Source: Lytechinus pictus
Taxonomy: Eukaryota
NCBI RefSeq assembly: GCF_037042905.1
Contig: NC_087245.1
Location: 5,208,001-5,272,000, forward strand
Length of the DNA: 64,000 nt
Direction: 5' to 3'
Shown here: positions 52,489-64,000 of the stretch, one piece after another
Numbering within the stretch: position 1 is the stretch's first letter
Layout: every line of letters starts with the position of its first letter
Translations under genes and position numbers: made by a program
Notes under the pieces: model-generated
What the model was told of the DNA's origin: nothing
What the model saw: the letters and a program-made list of their open reading frames with translations, nothing else
The model's database searches: none

Positions 52489-54736
52489 CATATATGAAGC
52501 CTCGCCAAATTGCCAAAAGGTAGGATAAACTCTGGGAACATTTCTTCAAGATGGGTATATTTTGTATTATTATAGTCACAGGTAACCGTAGACGAAATAT
52601 AAGCTGGTAATGTGTATAGAGTATACGCGCGCACATTGTTTGCGTTAGATATCATAGAAAAGGGGAGGGTGGCGCCGAGATAGTTTGATACGGGTGGGGA
52701 CCGGGGAGATGGCCTACATAACAGAGCTCCATGTAGAGCTACACAGTGTAGATCTATCTTCTTCTTTTTTTATAGCATTCCTTCCCAATGGTCCCCTTTC
52801 ATTCATTTTCTTCCTCTCTTTTCTTCACTATTAAACTACCGATCAGCTCCCATGGGCCTATAGGAATAACGTGACTGTACTAAGGGTGACACAATTGCAA
52901 AAAAAAAAAATGAGTGAAAATATTTACATAATAACTATTATCTTACTGTTGCTACTTGTGCCTGATAGGCCATGCCCCCACCTGAAAAACCAAACCCAAA
53001 AATAGAGAAAAATAAAGAAAAGGAAAAGGGTAATAAATAAGATAATCTCTCAATATTATGTCAAACTCTTTTTTTAAATCACAAAATCGATGTTTTTATT
53101 GATTTGCTCGCAGCTTCTTAGAATTTGGCCCCATAGGTAAATCATATTTTGCCCAATCATTATTTTGCCTCTTTACGTCTCTGATTGTAGCAACAACAAT
53201 CATCTCTTATTATGTATAAAGCATTTCTTGTCTATCTGGCAGGTCGTTTAGCATTTGACCTAGGCCTGTTGTCCATGTTTATTCGAATGTGGCTCTCATG
53301 GCACTTGAGATGCAAGAGGGTTTGAAATATCCTGTGTCTCAGAATGATAGAGTACGCTTGTTGTTATTTCATGTCCTTAAAAGCTTTTACTTACATTCTC
53401 ATTTTCAATAGATTTAAAAGCTCATTTCACCTTTATTATTTTCACACCCTTGGACAAGTCTTTATAAAAATCATGAAGTGAAGGATCCGTTTCTGATGCA
53501 ACCCCATGTAACTTTTTAAAAGTAGCTTGTATGATAGGCCTATATCACCTTAAATGTATAATTTAACTTACCATACTTATCAGGAGTTTATTATGCATTG
53601 GCCTGGGGATTCATGGCTTTGATGAATGTGCATCTTTTTGCAAATAACTTCGAATTTTCCAACATTTTTAAACAATTAAAAACAAACATGTACAATATGT
53701 TTGATAGGGCTCGACAGTCATAGATGAACCATATTTAAGTATTCAATATCTTCTTGAAAAGAGGGATTCAATATGAAAGCAAATATAAAAGCAACTTATT
53801 TATTAAGTTTTGGAGGTAGATTCTAGACCAACTTTAAAAAAATGCTAGCTTAAGGCATAATATCCATGATTTTTTCTGTTCCTTTTTATGATAGACTTCT
53901 GCACAACGTAGATTTGAATAAAGCATTAAAATTAAGAGGTATTCCACATCAATTTGAATAGGGGTTAAACTTACCAAAGGGAGGTTAAAACTTACCAGAG
54001 GTTACATTATATCAGGCATGCTTTATTTCTAATTCTAAACCTTTATCACCTTCTTGTACCTCAAGCACTAAAGTAAGATGTGCGCTCGTATCTTTCTTAT
54101 TTCATGTAAGGTGTTAGTATCCGACTCCAATTTGTTTTTCTTTATCTGTCATACCGCCCAGATTTCGAATCTCTCTACTATTGTGTTTGCAATTTGCAAA
54201 ATCTATTTTGGATTTGCAGAATATGTAAAGAAAATATTAAACGTACTAAAATATTAGAAAAAATAAATCCGTTTACTGCGGATGTTTACGGAAGGAGACC
54301 GCACATGGCACTAAACAGAAAGAAAAATGTATTCCTATTTTTGGAATAAAAATTAGAAATGTAACAGTAACACATTAGAAAATGTGTGTATTACTTTCAT
54401 TATGGCGTCTCTTGATCACGAATGATAATTTTGGAAGGGTGACCCCCAAAATAAACCGTGTTCCTTAACTCTATTTTAGTGATATCCTATGATCTATTTG
54501 AAGCACTGACTTACGACTGATGTTTCTTATTTATGCTTATTACAACACTGAACCTTACTGCTGAACTTTAATGATACAATTCAGTGTATGGCTACTACGG
54601 CGACTGCTACAGCTGATACTACCTTTACTACTACTACTTCTACCACCACCACTACTATACTACTACTACTACTACTACTACCACTGCCACTACTACTACC
54701 ACCATGCACCACCACTACTACTTATACTTCTATACC

Positions 54737-54772
<36 letters not shown>

Positions 54773-55483
54773 ACTACTTATACCAACACTACTACTACTA
54801 CTTCTACTACTACTACTTCTATAATACTACTACTACTAATACTACTTCTACTGCTACTCTTACTACTATTCCCTCTCCCCTGATCATATTGTGTTAAAGC
54901 CATCGGATCATATAGCTTACATTTTGTATTACTTCCAGTTGTGCATTCATCTCTCTTGCATCAGTTTATTGAGACTATTTACCCGAAGTATCCCCCCTTC
55001 TTCCCATGCTTTTCTCAATTCATCTTGTCAAGTAAACTTCTCATGGCCGCCCTTACGTGACCCATGCAATTAAACCGCCACCTCCGAATCTCATGAATTT
55101 CCTTACCCTTACTTACAGCGTCACTGCAAAAATAGTAACATTATCAACAGTATTACTATTTCGATTACCAATACCTTTACAAGCAACATGATTAGACTAC
55201 TACTTCTATAACCACTACTACAACTATCGGTACTACTACTTTTCTTTCTATTTTCCGCTTTTTCAACCTCTGCTTCAACTAGTTGGCACATATTCCAATC
55301 CAAATACATCCAACTATAAATGTTTACTACTACACCGATGAACTTATTACTACCATATTACAATTTTTACTGAGGCAATACGTCTACGACCGATGCGACT
55401 TCAACGTCAACAGTAGCAGCATCAGCAACTATTACAGGCTTCTACGACGACGACTACTAGTATTACTTCTCCTTCTACTGCTT

Positions 55484-55535
<52 letters not shown>

Positions 55536-55714
55536 CTACCTACCATTTTACTACTACTACTACTACTTTTACAACGACTTCCACAATTACTAGTACTGCT
55601 GCTATACTACTACTAAATGCTGCTACATGTGCTACTATTTAGACTACTATTACTTTTACCACTCTTGCACTACTACCATTACAGGACTACTATTATTATT
55701 ATTATACCAATACT

Positions 55715-56350
55715 CTGCTTCCAGTGGGAGAGGCAGTGGTGCTTCAAGATAATGTGGATAAACGCATGCATTGTTTGTGCATTTGGAGTATATCATACTT
55801 TTATTCCTTTTGTGCAGGTGTAAAAACATGTATACAAGTGTAAATAAAACAGTTGTGCTGATATTACTGAACCTGCATCCCACTCGAGAAGACTCTGAAA
55901 GGCATCAAGAGATAGAGTGTGAACTGGATCCTGTTTGGAGATTTTCCTTGTCGATTCTTGAGACGAAGGAAGAAGCGTATATATCTTGAAATAAGATCCA
56001 TATTCTCTAGTTCTTGATGACAATTCCTGAATAAAGGACTAACAGGCAATATCACCCAAGTTGAATCGTTTAAGGAACAACATGTCTTTGACGATGTATG
56101 ATGAGCAAACGATTCCCACTTCAGGATTATGCATGGACGTCATATTTGAGATGAGGATTTTCAGGATGTAGTCACCAGTGTCGTAACAAAGACTACCGAG
56201 TGTGTGGTTCACATCATGTGACAATAGTGCCTGAAGTTGCAACTCCAGAAGGCGGAGACAATTAAAGTTAGCCTTCTTTACCTAAGCATCTATGAGTATT
56301 GAAGTTGATATTCTGGTCAATGTAGAGACCAAGGTATTGTTTACAGGCTT
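55715..56350 (-). mobile_element. Decayed LINE ORF2 3' fragment inserted in the (CTA)n field
   Basis: Minus strand reads 'KQYLGLYIDQNINFNTH' (KYLG.ID..L.F..H thumb motif) and 'LSLDAFQSLL' (SL..FK tail), then a T-rich UTR. Confidence 0.6.
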
Positions 56351-56405
56351 CACTATATACCGCACGGCTATGCTATTAATACTACTACTTATACTACTAC
56401 GACTA

Positions 56406-56637
56406 CACTCTAAATTACAGGGATTTAAAACAAGTCCACATGGACTGTAGTTAGGGACCAATCGAATTCCGGATTTAGTTTGAATCCTTAAGATTCATTT
56501 TTAAATCTCGAAAGATTTAAATTTAAATCATTTGAGATTTAAATTTAAGTCGTTAGGATTAAAACTAAATTCAGAAATCGATTGGTCCCTAGCTACAGTC
56601 CATCTGGACTTATTTTAAATCCCTGTAATTTAGAGTG
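56406..56637. mobile_element. Palindromic MITE (CACTC..GAGTG, TA flanks), well-paired arms
   Basis: CACTCTAAATTACAGGGATTTAAAA...GTCCA.ATGGACTGTAG.TAGGGACCAATCGA and its reverse complement at the right end. Confidence 0.9.
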
Positions 56638-56645
56638 TACTACTA

Positions 56646-56854
56646 CGCTCTAAAGATCAAGGATATATAATTAATCCACATCGGATTTGTTGGAGTTATT
56701 TTAAATCTTTGGGATTAACTTTCAAATCTCAAAAGATTCAAATCTTTCAGATTTATATTTAATTCTACAAGGTTTAAAACTAAATCTAATATTCGGCTGG
56801 TCACTATTCACAGCCGATCTGGATATATTTAAAATCATTGATTTTTTTAGAGTG
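56646..56854. mobile_element. Older related palindromic MITE, 8 bp from the previous one
   Basis: TA|CGCTCTAAAGATCAA ... TTGATTTTTTTAGAGTG|TA; interior resembles 56406-56637 (AAATCTC.AAAGATT, AAAACTAAAT). Confidence 0.7.
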
Positions 56855-58279
56855 TACTAACAGTACAACTACTTGTACTGCTGCTACTACTATTACTAAC
56901 AGTACTACTACTTTTACTACTACTACTGCTGTTAAACTAATACTTATGCATGCACTACTACTACTACCTCGACTGATATGGAAACTTCTACCTACACTAC
57001 TATTTATGTTGCAGCAATTTAGAATACTTTTTATTTACTATTACCATCACGTATCCCCCCCCCTTTTTTTTATTATCTACTACCAAAGATCATACGACAC
57101 TTAACTCAATTTTTCACCCCGGCAATTACCAAACTCACAAATGAACTAATGCTACAATATCGCGACTTATTGTTCTTTTCATATCGTTTGCTTTTTAAGC
57201 ACTATGCATATTATGTGGAAGATTATAGGCGGCTGGTTTTTCTCTTGTCATGAAAACAAGCCTTGTTGTCGGTTCCATCACTAATACTCTTCATTTTGAT
57301 AATTCTTCCCCGTTATACGCATCTTATTTTTACTTGTTCATTTTCCTCCCTCTGTTGAGAAAATATTGTCTCAATACTGTAAATTGGTGATGAAAGCGCA
57401 GAATTGTGTTGCTAAAATATACTGCAATATTTGTATTCCAAGCTGTGATCTTGGTACTAAAGATCTAACGTTTAAATGACTTCAAAGACACCTTCATCTG
57501 GAACAGATTAAATGCGGAAAAGTAATGTAAAGAAAATGATACGTTTAATTATCGAAAATCCATGATTCACTCTGAGGTTTTCTTTATTGGGGTGTCTAAT
57601 GTTGCGTACAGGTGATTGGACCAAGCTCATTATTTCATTTCTATCATCGGCCCTCAAAATACCTGACACAAATGATTCTACATTTAGATCCTCAATCTTT
57701 CGGGAATACATTGATACATTCGCGCCAAGCATGAGGATAATTATGGTGATTAAAAACTAGAATTCTCTTTTTAATTTGTTATAGCTGAGTAGTTAAAGCA
57801 ACTGACTGGAAATAAAATGTTCATGGAATCTATGACCGCTACGACTCTTTATTTTAAGCATCTATGGATCTATTGATATCAAACGTACGTTTGTATGTCA
57901 CGGTTTAAATTCAACGTTCACAGAGACCGAGGTGTTTTTTTTTCTTAACCCAACTTTATTTTGTTTATGTATGTATGCAGCGTGGTCTGAATGTTTTAAT
58001 CCAAGTAGAATTAATAATCTTGCAATAGTGGTAATGCCGGAAACATTTCAACTATGAGCAGCCGAGAAGCCATTTAGTTTATGAACAGAATATCTGTGTG
58101 GCAGTTACAATGACAATGATTTTATTGGACCCATGTCACTCTCATTCAGGTATTTAAAAATAATGATATGAAATAATTTATTCAAAAGTATTCACAAAAT
58201 ATTTATATATTTACAGAAATAGTGAAATAATTACTTACTAACTGGCAGCAGTTGCTCTCATAGCATAACCGCTTCAAAT

Positions 58280-58913
58280 TCAATTTTGTTTGTGTGCGCG
58301 CAATCAGGCGAGTGTCTGAATATAAAACATTTCCAGTTGTACTCACGTTCGCATTAGTGGATTGGTGATATAGATTTGCTCTTCATGATTTCCTAAAAAC
58401 AGTCTTTAGAATGCCCTTTTTTTGTCTGAATATCAAAAGTTTTCAGCTCGCGCTTCGCGCTCGCATTATTTGTTTAGTGAAATACATTTGGTCTTAATGA
58501 ATTTCTACAAAACTAGCCTTAGAATGCATCTATTCTGGTCTGAAATTCAAAATTAGTGAGATAGCCTACGGATCATGTTCATGATTACAAAGAATACAAA
58601 AAGTGCTTCATGTGTTTCTAAAAAAAATCAGGAAGCGCATTTTAGATGACTATTGTGAGATGTGTATGCTCTTCATGAATTCCCCAAATATAGTCTCTAA
58701 AATGTTTCTGTTTGAGGTCAATACATACAAAAATTTCAACTCGCGCTTCGCGCTCGCATTGTTTGTTTAGTGAGATAGGTAGGTTCCTACGTATCATGAT
58801 TACAAAATTTTGCTTCAGTATAATGTCCCTTTTTTTCGCGCGCTCAAAAATTGTGACTCAAATTTTTTACTGGTGCCCCCCCCCCCAACGCTGTGACCCA
58901 CGGTACGCCACTG
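58280..58913 (-). mobile_element. Partial hAT-like non-autonomous element with tandem units containing CTCGCGCTTCGCGCTCGCATT
   Basis: Terminus TACGCCACTG (reverse of CAGTGGCGTA) at 58904-58913 after a C-run; repeated units at ~58447 and ~58740; the other terminus was not found. Confidence 0.55.
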
Positions 58914-61900
58914 TGTGTGTGTGTGTGTATGTATGAAATAGGGCACATGAAATCATGATGGGGAATAGAAACAATGAAGAAAATCAATGGGAAAACAATT
59001 TAGAAAGAGAGGAGTTGACGATTTATTGAGACCAATTAGAGTATTGTGAAAGAGCAATCCTCAATTTATGTAGGATTAATAGATGAAACAACTAAAATGA
59101 CACTTTATTTGGCATTTTGAGCTCACTTATTAATTATCACTGGGAGGTATACAATTATTTAAATTGTTGATTAGTGTTGTTTTCGACACACGAGAGCTTA
59201 GGCAGTCTTAACCGAGTGTTGGAAATAGAGAAAGTTTATTCGTTTCTGATTGTTTACAAATTTATAACAAAGACCATATTTTTTTTATTTCATTTTATAT
59301 CACTTAATTGATTTCAAAAATTCACGAAACCTCTAGGGCTTTATATTAGAATATTTCATATTATCACGTGGTGCTTGCATTCAAAGGCACAAAGATATCC
59401 AACCTTTAATTCCGAATATGGTCTTTTAATAAAGTTGCGTTTGATATCTTTGAGTTTTGTGTGGTGGCGTACACATCTTCTTTCTTCCTTTCCCCTTGTA
59501 ATGTTTCAAAAGCGGATTTTTTTTTCCCCTCTCTCTCTTTCTTTCTTTGTTTCGGGGTGCGGTTGTAGAATCAGTATTTCAAAAAGCAAAATGAGATTTT
59601 TTTTTTTACTATTTATTGTCACTACCTTTAAAACTTCACCAGTTTACATCACTTATCAACTTAATACTTGGTAAATCTCTGTTTCTCACTTTTCATGCAG
59701 TAGGTTTTTAGAGGTTTTTCTTTCATTCACGTTTATTTATGTTCATCATAATTTCCTTTGTCCATTTATTTTTCTATTCATTTAATTTTCCTTTTCTTAT
59801 TCGATTCTTCTATCCGACAGATTGTTATTGAAAATGACACAATCATTTCACTCATATCTGCTTTTATATTTCAGTCATGTTACTTCCAATTATTAAGAAA
59901 AAAATTGCTTAAAGTAATCTGAATCAGTGGCTTACCTTTGACATTTTTTTTCAATCGCGTTCACTCACGTTTTGCACCCATATTAAAAGTTCAATCTTCA
60001 CATATTTTATCTCGAATCTATTCTTTATTTTCACTTGCTTGAAATATTTATCACTGCTTTTTTCTGTTGTTGTTTTTGTTTTACTTTAAGGTGGGCGTGC
60101 CGAGTTCTGCGTGTCATCGACAAACGACTACTACAACAACTGTGATTTGAAGAACCATGAATGGGTACTTCACATTATAACATTGAGAACATTATTTGTG
60201 GAGTGTTTATGTTCAAACTCCCTACTAACCATGCTAACGTTATGATAGTCTGAAAGACTTGATATTCCGGTGTAGTCTCATTGATATGCTTTTCTAGGCT
60301 TTAGATATTTACATAAACTGTTTTCAATATAAAACAGTACATTTCCTTTATGTAAATGTTATATGTTTGACCAAATTTATTTAATTACAAAAGTCGATTT
60401 GGGTAGTCCGCAGGTCATCAAAAGATGGCCTTTGCATCTTAATCATTAATTTTGCATGGCTTACGCTAGCTTTTTGTCTTTCGAAACATGGATAATAAGT
60501 TCTACTGCCAGCAAGCAACTAACAATTTGGCGAGGAGCTCAGATGAAGGAATAGTAAAAGTTGTTTTCTAGTATTTCATTTCAAAAGAATTAAGATAAAT
60601 AAAAGACAATTTGGTTTTGGAGGTCGTGAAAATAGTTAAAATAAACAAGTATATTTACTTAGAATATCGCCGCTAAAGGTTATGTGAGCTTGAAAACGTT
60701 TCACAATCTATTAAAGCTGAAAACATAAGCATACAAAAGTTATAAATTACCTAAAATTTTGTATGTATATATATGTATGTATACATGATTGTGTGTGTAT
60801 GTATATATATATTTTTTTTCATATACGTTACTAGCTTCACTAAAAACGGGCCTATTTATTGATCTTGATTTCATGTTTGATTTGAATGGTTGAAGGGAAA
60901 TTTTTTTAGAACAAAAGGATTAGTCAAGCTATTGGGCAATATCTTTAAACTAATTCCCCTTTAACCATGAAATTGAAACACGAAATCAACACCAAGTGAT
61001 GGAGTATATGCGAATGCTTTGCTGACTTGGCCAAAGTAGTGACGAACATATACAATTTGGGATGTCAAAATCTTAATTTAAAAAAAATATATATATATTG
61101 ATCTGGTGAGATGTCGAAGAGTGATAATTAGAGAAATGTTCAGAAAGATATTCATTCTGCTGCATGCTTGTTTCATACCATCACACTAATATTATGTACA
61201 TCTCCGCTGAACGCAAGGTGCCAATTTTCCTGGTCAACACGAACTGCATCAGTCATTTCACAGATAAGTGCGGAAATAGAAATAGAAGATGAGCAAAACA
61301 GACAAGTCTCATTTGAAACACAAAGGCATTTTCTTTGGAAGCTGTCATCAATCTAACAGAAATTGGCAAATCACTGGCCTACCATTCGAGCTAATATTTT
61401 GTTCTTGGCTATGTTTGTTCTTGCATCAGTGTAAAATGGTATTCACATAATATATTTTATGGAAATAGCGCCAAATTTGATATGTGGTCGCAGTAAACAC
61501 GAATGTGGCCAAAATATGTCATATGGCTTAAGCAATCTATACTTATCTGTTTGTTCAACCTGAATAGCCAAATACACAACAAAGGGACTAACGATATAGA
61601 TATTTTCAACAACAAAAGCTCGTTTTTATAAGACAGTATGCGAATTTTTCGTTACTAAATATGACTAAATGTCGCAATCAAAGTAGGCCACTCTTGGGCA
61701 GCGGGGTTAATGTGATATGCATGAAAGAACTTCAGCTAAAAAATTATGTCACTAATACATTATTTTCTTTATTCTACTAACAACGTGACCCGGTATCTAC
61801 TGAAATGTTTATGTCATCCGTTTGCTGGTTACGTGACTTTGTTTCCTTTTTATCTTATAATTTTGTTTCCTCAGCTTAGTAATGGCTTCAAGAAAAAATA

Positions 61901-63753
61901 TCAAATCCACGAAACTCTCCTTTCCCTTAATATTGTACTTATCTGCTTTCGATATTTGTCATGACATTTCTCCAACTTACATTTCTTTATTATTATTTGA
62001 TCATCATAACTGTTCCAATATTGTCATCTTATATTATGTTATTTAAATCGCTTAATTATCTCGCTTCCATGATACCATATCCTAGATAACGCTGCCGCTA
62101 TATGAATCGAACAGTGTGAGCCTCATCTTATGTGAAGCAATAATGTCCCTCCCTGTATAGGCATGTATTTCAAAGTTCGTAATGATAATGAGTCGTTATC
62201 TATCATAACACAATTCATCTACAATATTCCTCCGCTTAAAATTGATTGAAATTGTATCATATAGATATATTTTTTAAATTACTGTTTAATGTAATCATTG
62301 TAGCGTCTTGAACTTCGTGTTAGATTATGTGTTATGAGGTGTTTGTATGTTGAAAGCTTTATTACAGGTATAAATTCATACAAAAACAACAACAAAGATC
62401 AAAACGAAAAACAGTGTTACCTGTGTGTGTAATATCTAATGATATTGAATATGACAAATTATTATGTTTAATTGATAAATGTTTGATTTTCTTAATAAAA
62501 ATAAAAACTTTCTAAAACTATTTACCATAAAGTCACAACACTTTCTTTTTTAAAGATACGACAAAATTGATTATTCACTTTTGTAAACCATGTTAGATCC
62601 CAAATTTTTATATGAAATAGAAAGCAAATAAATGAATTATGTGTAAAATATGCATATTTGCATAATAAATTATGCATAACTTAATGGTTTAATATGTCAT
62701 GCATCTAACAATGCTTTCAAGTAGATTGCCTAATAGGCTGGTAGTGACAATATTCGTTGTATTGTTGGGGCGAATCAGCCCCCGGTCTTTAACGAGGGAT
62801 TAAAGGAGGTTAGATGAAACGTTTGACAAAAAAGATAATAAATTTCTACTGGTCACTCAGATTCATAATATACAATAAGAACTTTTGCAATCTGCTCTTG
62901 ATTTGCTCACGAAGTGGCCAATGTATTTTTTCAACTTTTTGCTGAAATCATTAGAAAAATCCAAAATAACTACGAGGAAGCCTTGCAACTGCAGTAGCCA
63001 CCGATCATTATAAATTCCTATGAAATAAAAGCTTCTTAATTCACATATTCCTGTTTGTTGTCTTGACCCTTCCATTCCTTTCTAATATAAGTACAAATAC
63101 AGCAACAAACCACAGAAAACCGCAGATAAACCACAGAAAAAGTACAAAACCTCTTATTCAATAAGACATGTCCTTTCCTCTACCACTGCTTTGAACATCC
63201 TTGTTCAATTTCAACATTATGTGCATGTTCTTAACTCTAACCTGTAGAGTTAGAATTAAGAAAAAAAAACACGTCCAACACAAGAATATCGTATGGTGCC
63301 CACTTTTTGCAGACTATATTGAGACATCTTAACTACCCCACCCCGAAAGTAGAAGGTCTTTAACAACCCGACGATGATTGTTGCAATTTCATTTTATTTA
63401 ATAATCGTTTCCTTTGTAATCGTTATACTTTTCTCTATTATTTTATTTCTTTTTACATGTCATCAATCAGTATTTCAGATTATTGTGATTGTTCTGTGCG
63501 TGTAGCTCTGTGGCCTATGTGTTGTTTTGTTATGTTTTGTTTTATATTTTTGGTTCAATAGACCATGAGTGAGACTCTAAAATATAACGCAGTAGTCACT
63601 CAACAGTTCAGCCATGCGGGCAGTCCTGTTACATTTCTATCTACTAATGACAAGAAAAAGTGCATTGATGTTTTCAGGGAAGCACCTTCAATTTACTGGA
63701 CTAGAATAGATGAAAGATATTAACCTGATGTATACCTGCCTGTGGCCTTTTAC

Positions 63754-63953
63754 CTTATAATGTTTTTGATGATAAGACGGAACTGACCGACATATTTATG
63801 AAAGTAGGAAAATAAGGCCCCTGTTACAAAGGCGTCGGCTTTGAAGCTTGCCCCGACGCCTACAATTTGAAGCCGCCTCGAGATCATTATTATTACCCCT
63901 GTTATATACACACAATCCGGCTTCATGTCGCCTATTTTCGTAACACGAGTCAC
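63754..63953 (-). other. Possible internal exon of a minus-strand gene entering from beyond the window
   Basis: ATTTCAG|GTG acceptor and ATAAG|GTAAAA donor bracket 200 nt that are open in one frame (VTRVTKIGDMKPDCVYITGV...); no family recognised. Confidence 0.2.
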
Positions 63954-64000
63954 CTGAAATTTCATTTAACTGTTTGTAACTATAACTATATTGTCTGCCA

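Larger units (their letters stand above)
54590..57050. repeat. Large interrupted (CTA/TAC)n microsatellite field with (CTG)n and (CCA)n variants
   Basis: Pure tracts at ~54590-54870 and ~55450-55570, and degenerate tracts at ~55180-55450, 56380-56405 and 56855-57050. Confidence 0.9.

Noticed and set aside
54571-55823. ORFs rich in poly-Y/L/T/C
   Set aside because: These are translations of (CTA)n/(CTG)n microsatellite.
60091-60165. Possible + strand exon after a T-rich acceptor (GRAEFCVSSTNDYYNNCDLKNHEW)
   Set aside because: Weak donor, no recognisable homology and no partner exons; cannot be supported without RNA data.

Overview
This is AT-rich, intron- and repeat-rich animal genomic DNA, not prokaryotic. 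The repeat landscape suggests a marine invertebrate deuterostome such as a sea urchin, which is an inference only. There is one clear protein-coding gene: a two-exon class-A (rhodopsin-like) peptide GPCR on the + strand, join(47809..48820,50217..50536), 443 aa. It belongs to the ghrelin/motilin/neuromedin-U/neurotensin/TRH receptor neighbourhood and has the E3.33 + R6.55 ligand-pocket pair. Its single phase-1 coding intron falls right after 'KML' at the start of TM6, the position where vertebrate GHSR yields the truncated 5-TM GHSR1b isoform. Read-through here gives a 347-aa 5-TM ORF followed by an intronic AATAAA. About 35 kb upstream is an orphan promoter-like module (two identical RFX X-box-like sites, CCAAT boxes, a GC box, a weak TATA) with a candidate non-coding first exon and a strong donor site. 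The rest is non-coding. It holds many non-autonomous DNA transposons (TTAA/Kolobok-like, TTA/Harbinger-like, TA/Tc1-like, CAC..GTG palindromic MITEs), several of them nested, plus a Helentron/DINE-1-like element carrying nuclear-receptor DR1/DR4 arrays, tRNA-derived SINEs, decayed LINE fragments and a ~2.5-kb (CTA)n field with insertions. Nearly all other ORFs in the track are spurious. All family assignments come from motif recognition by eye; no searches were run.
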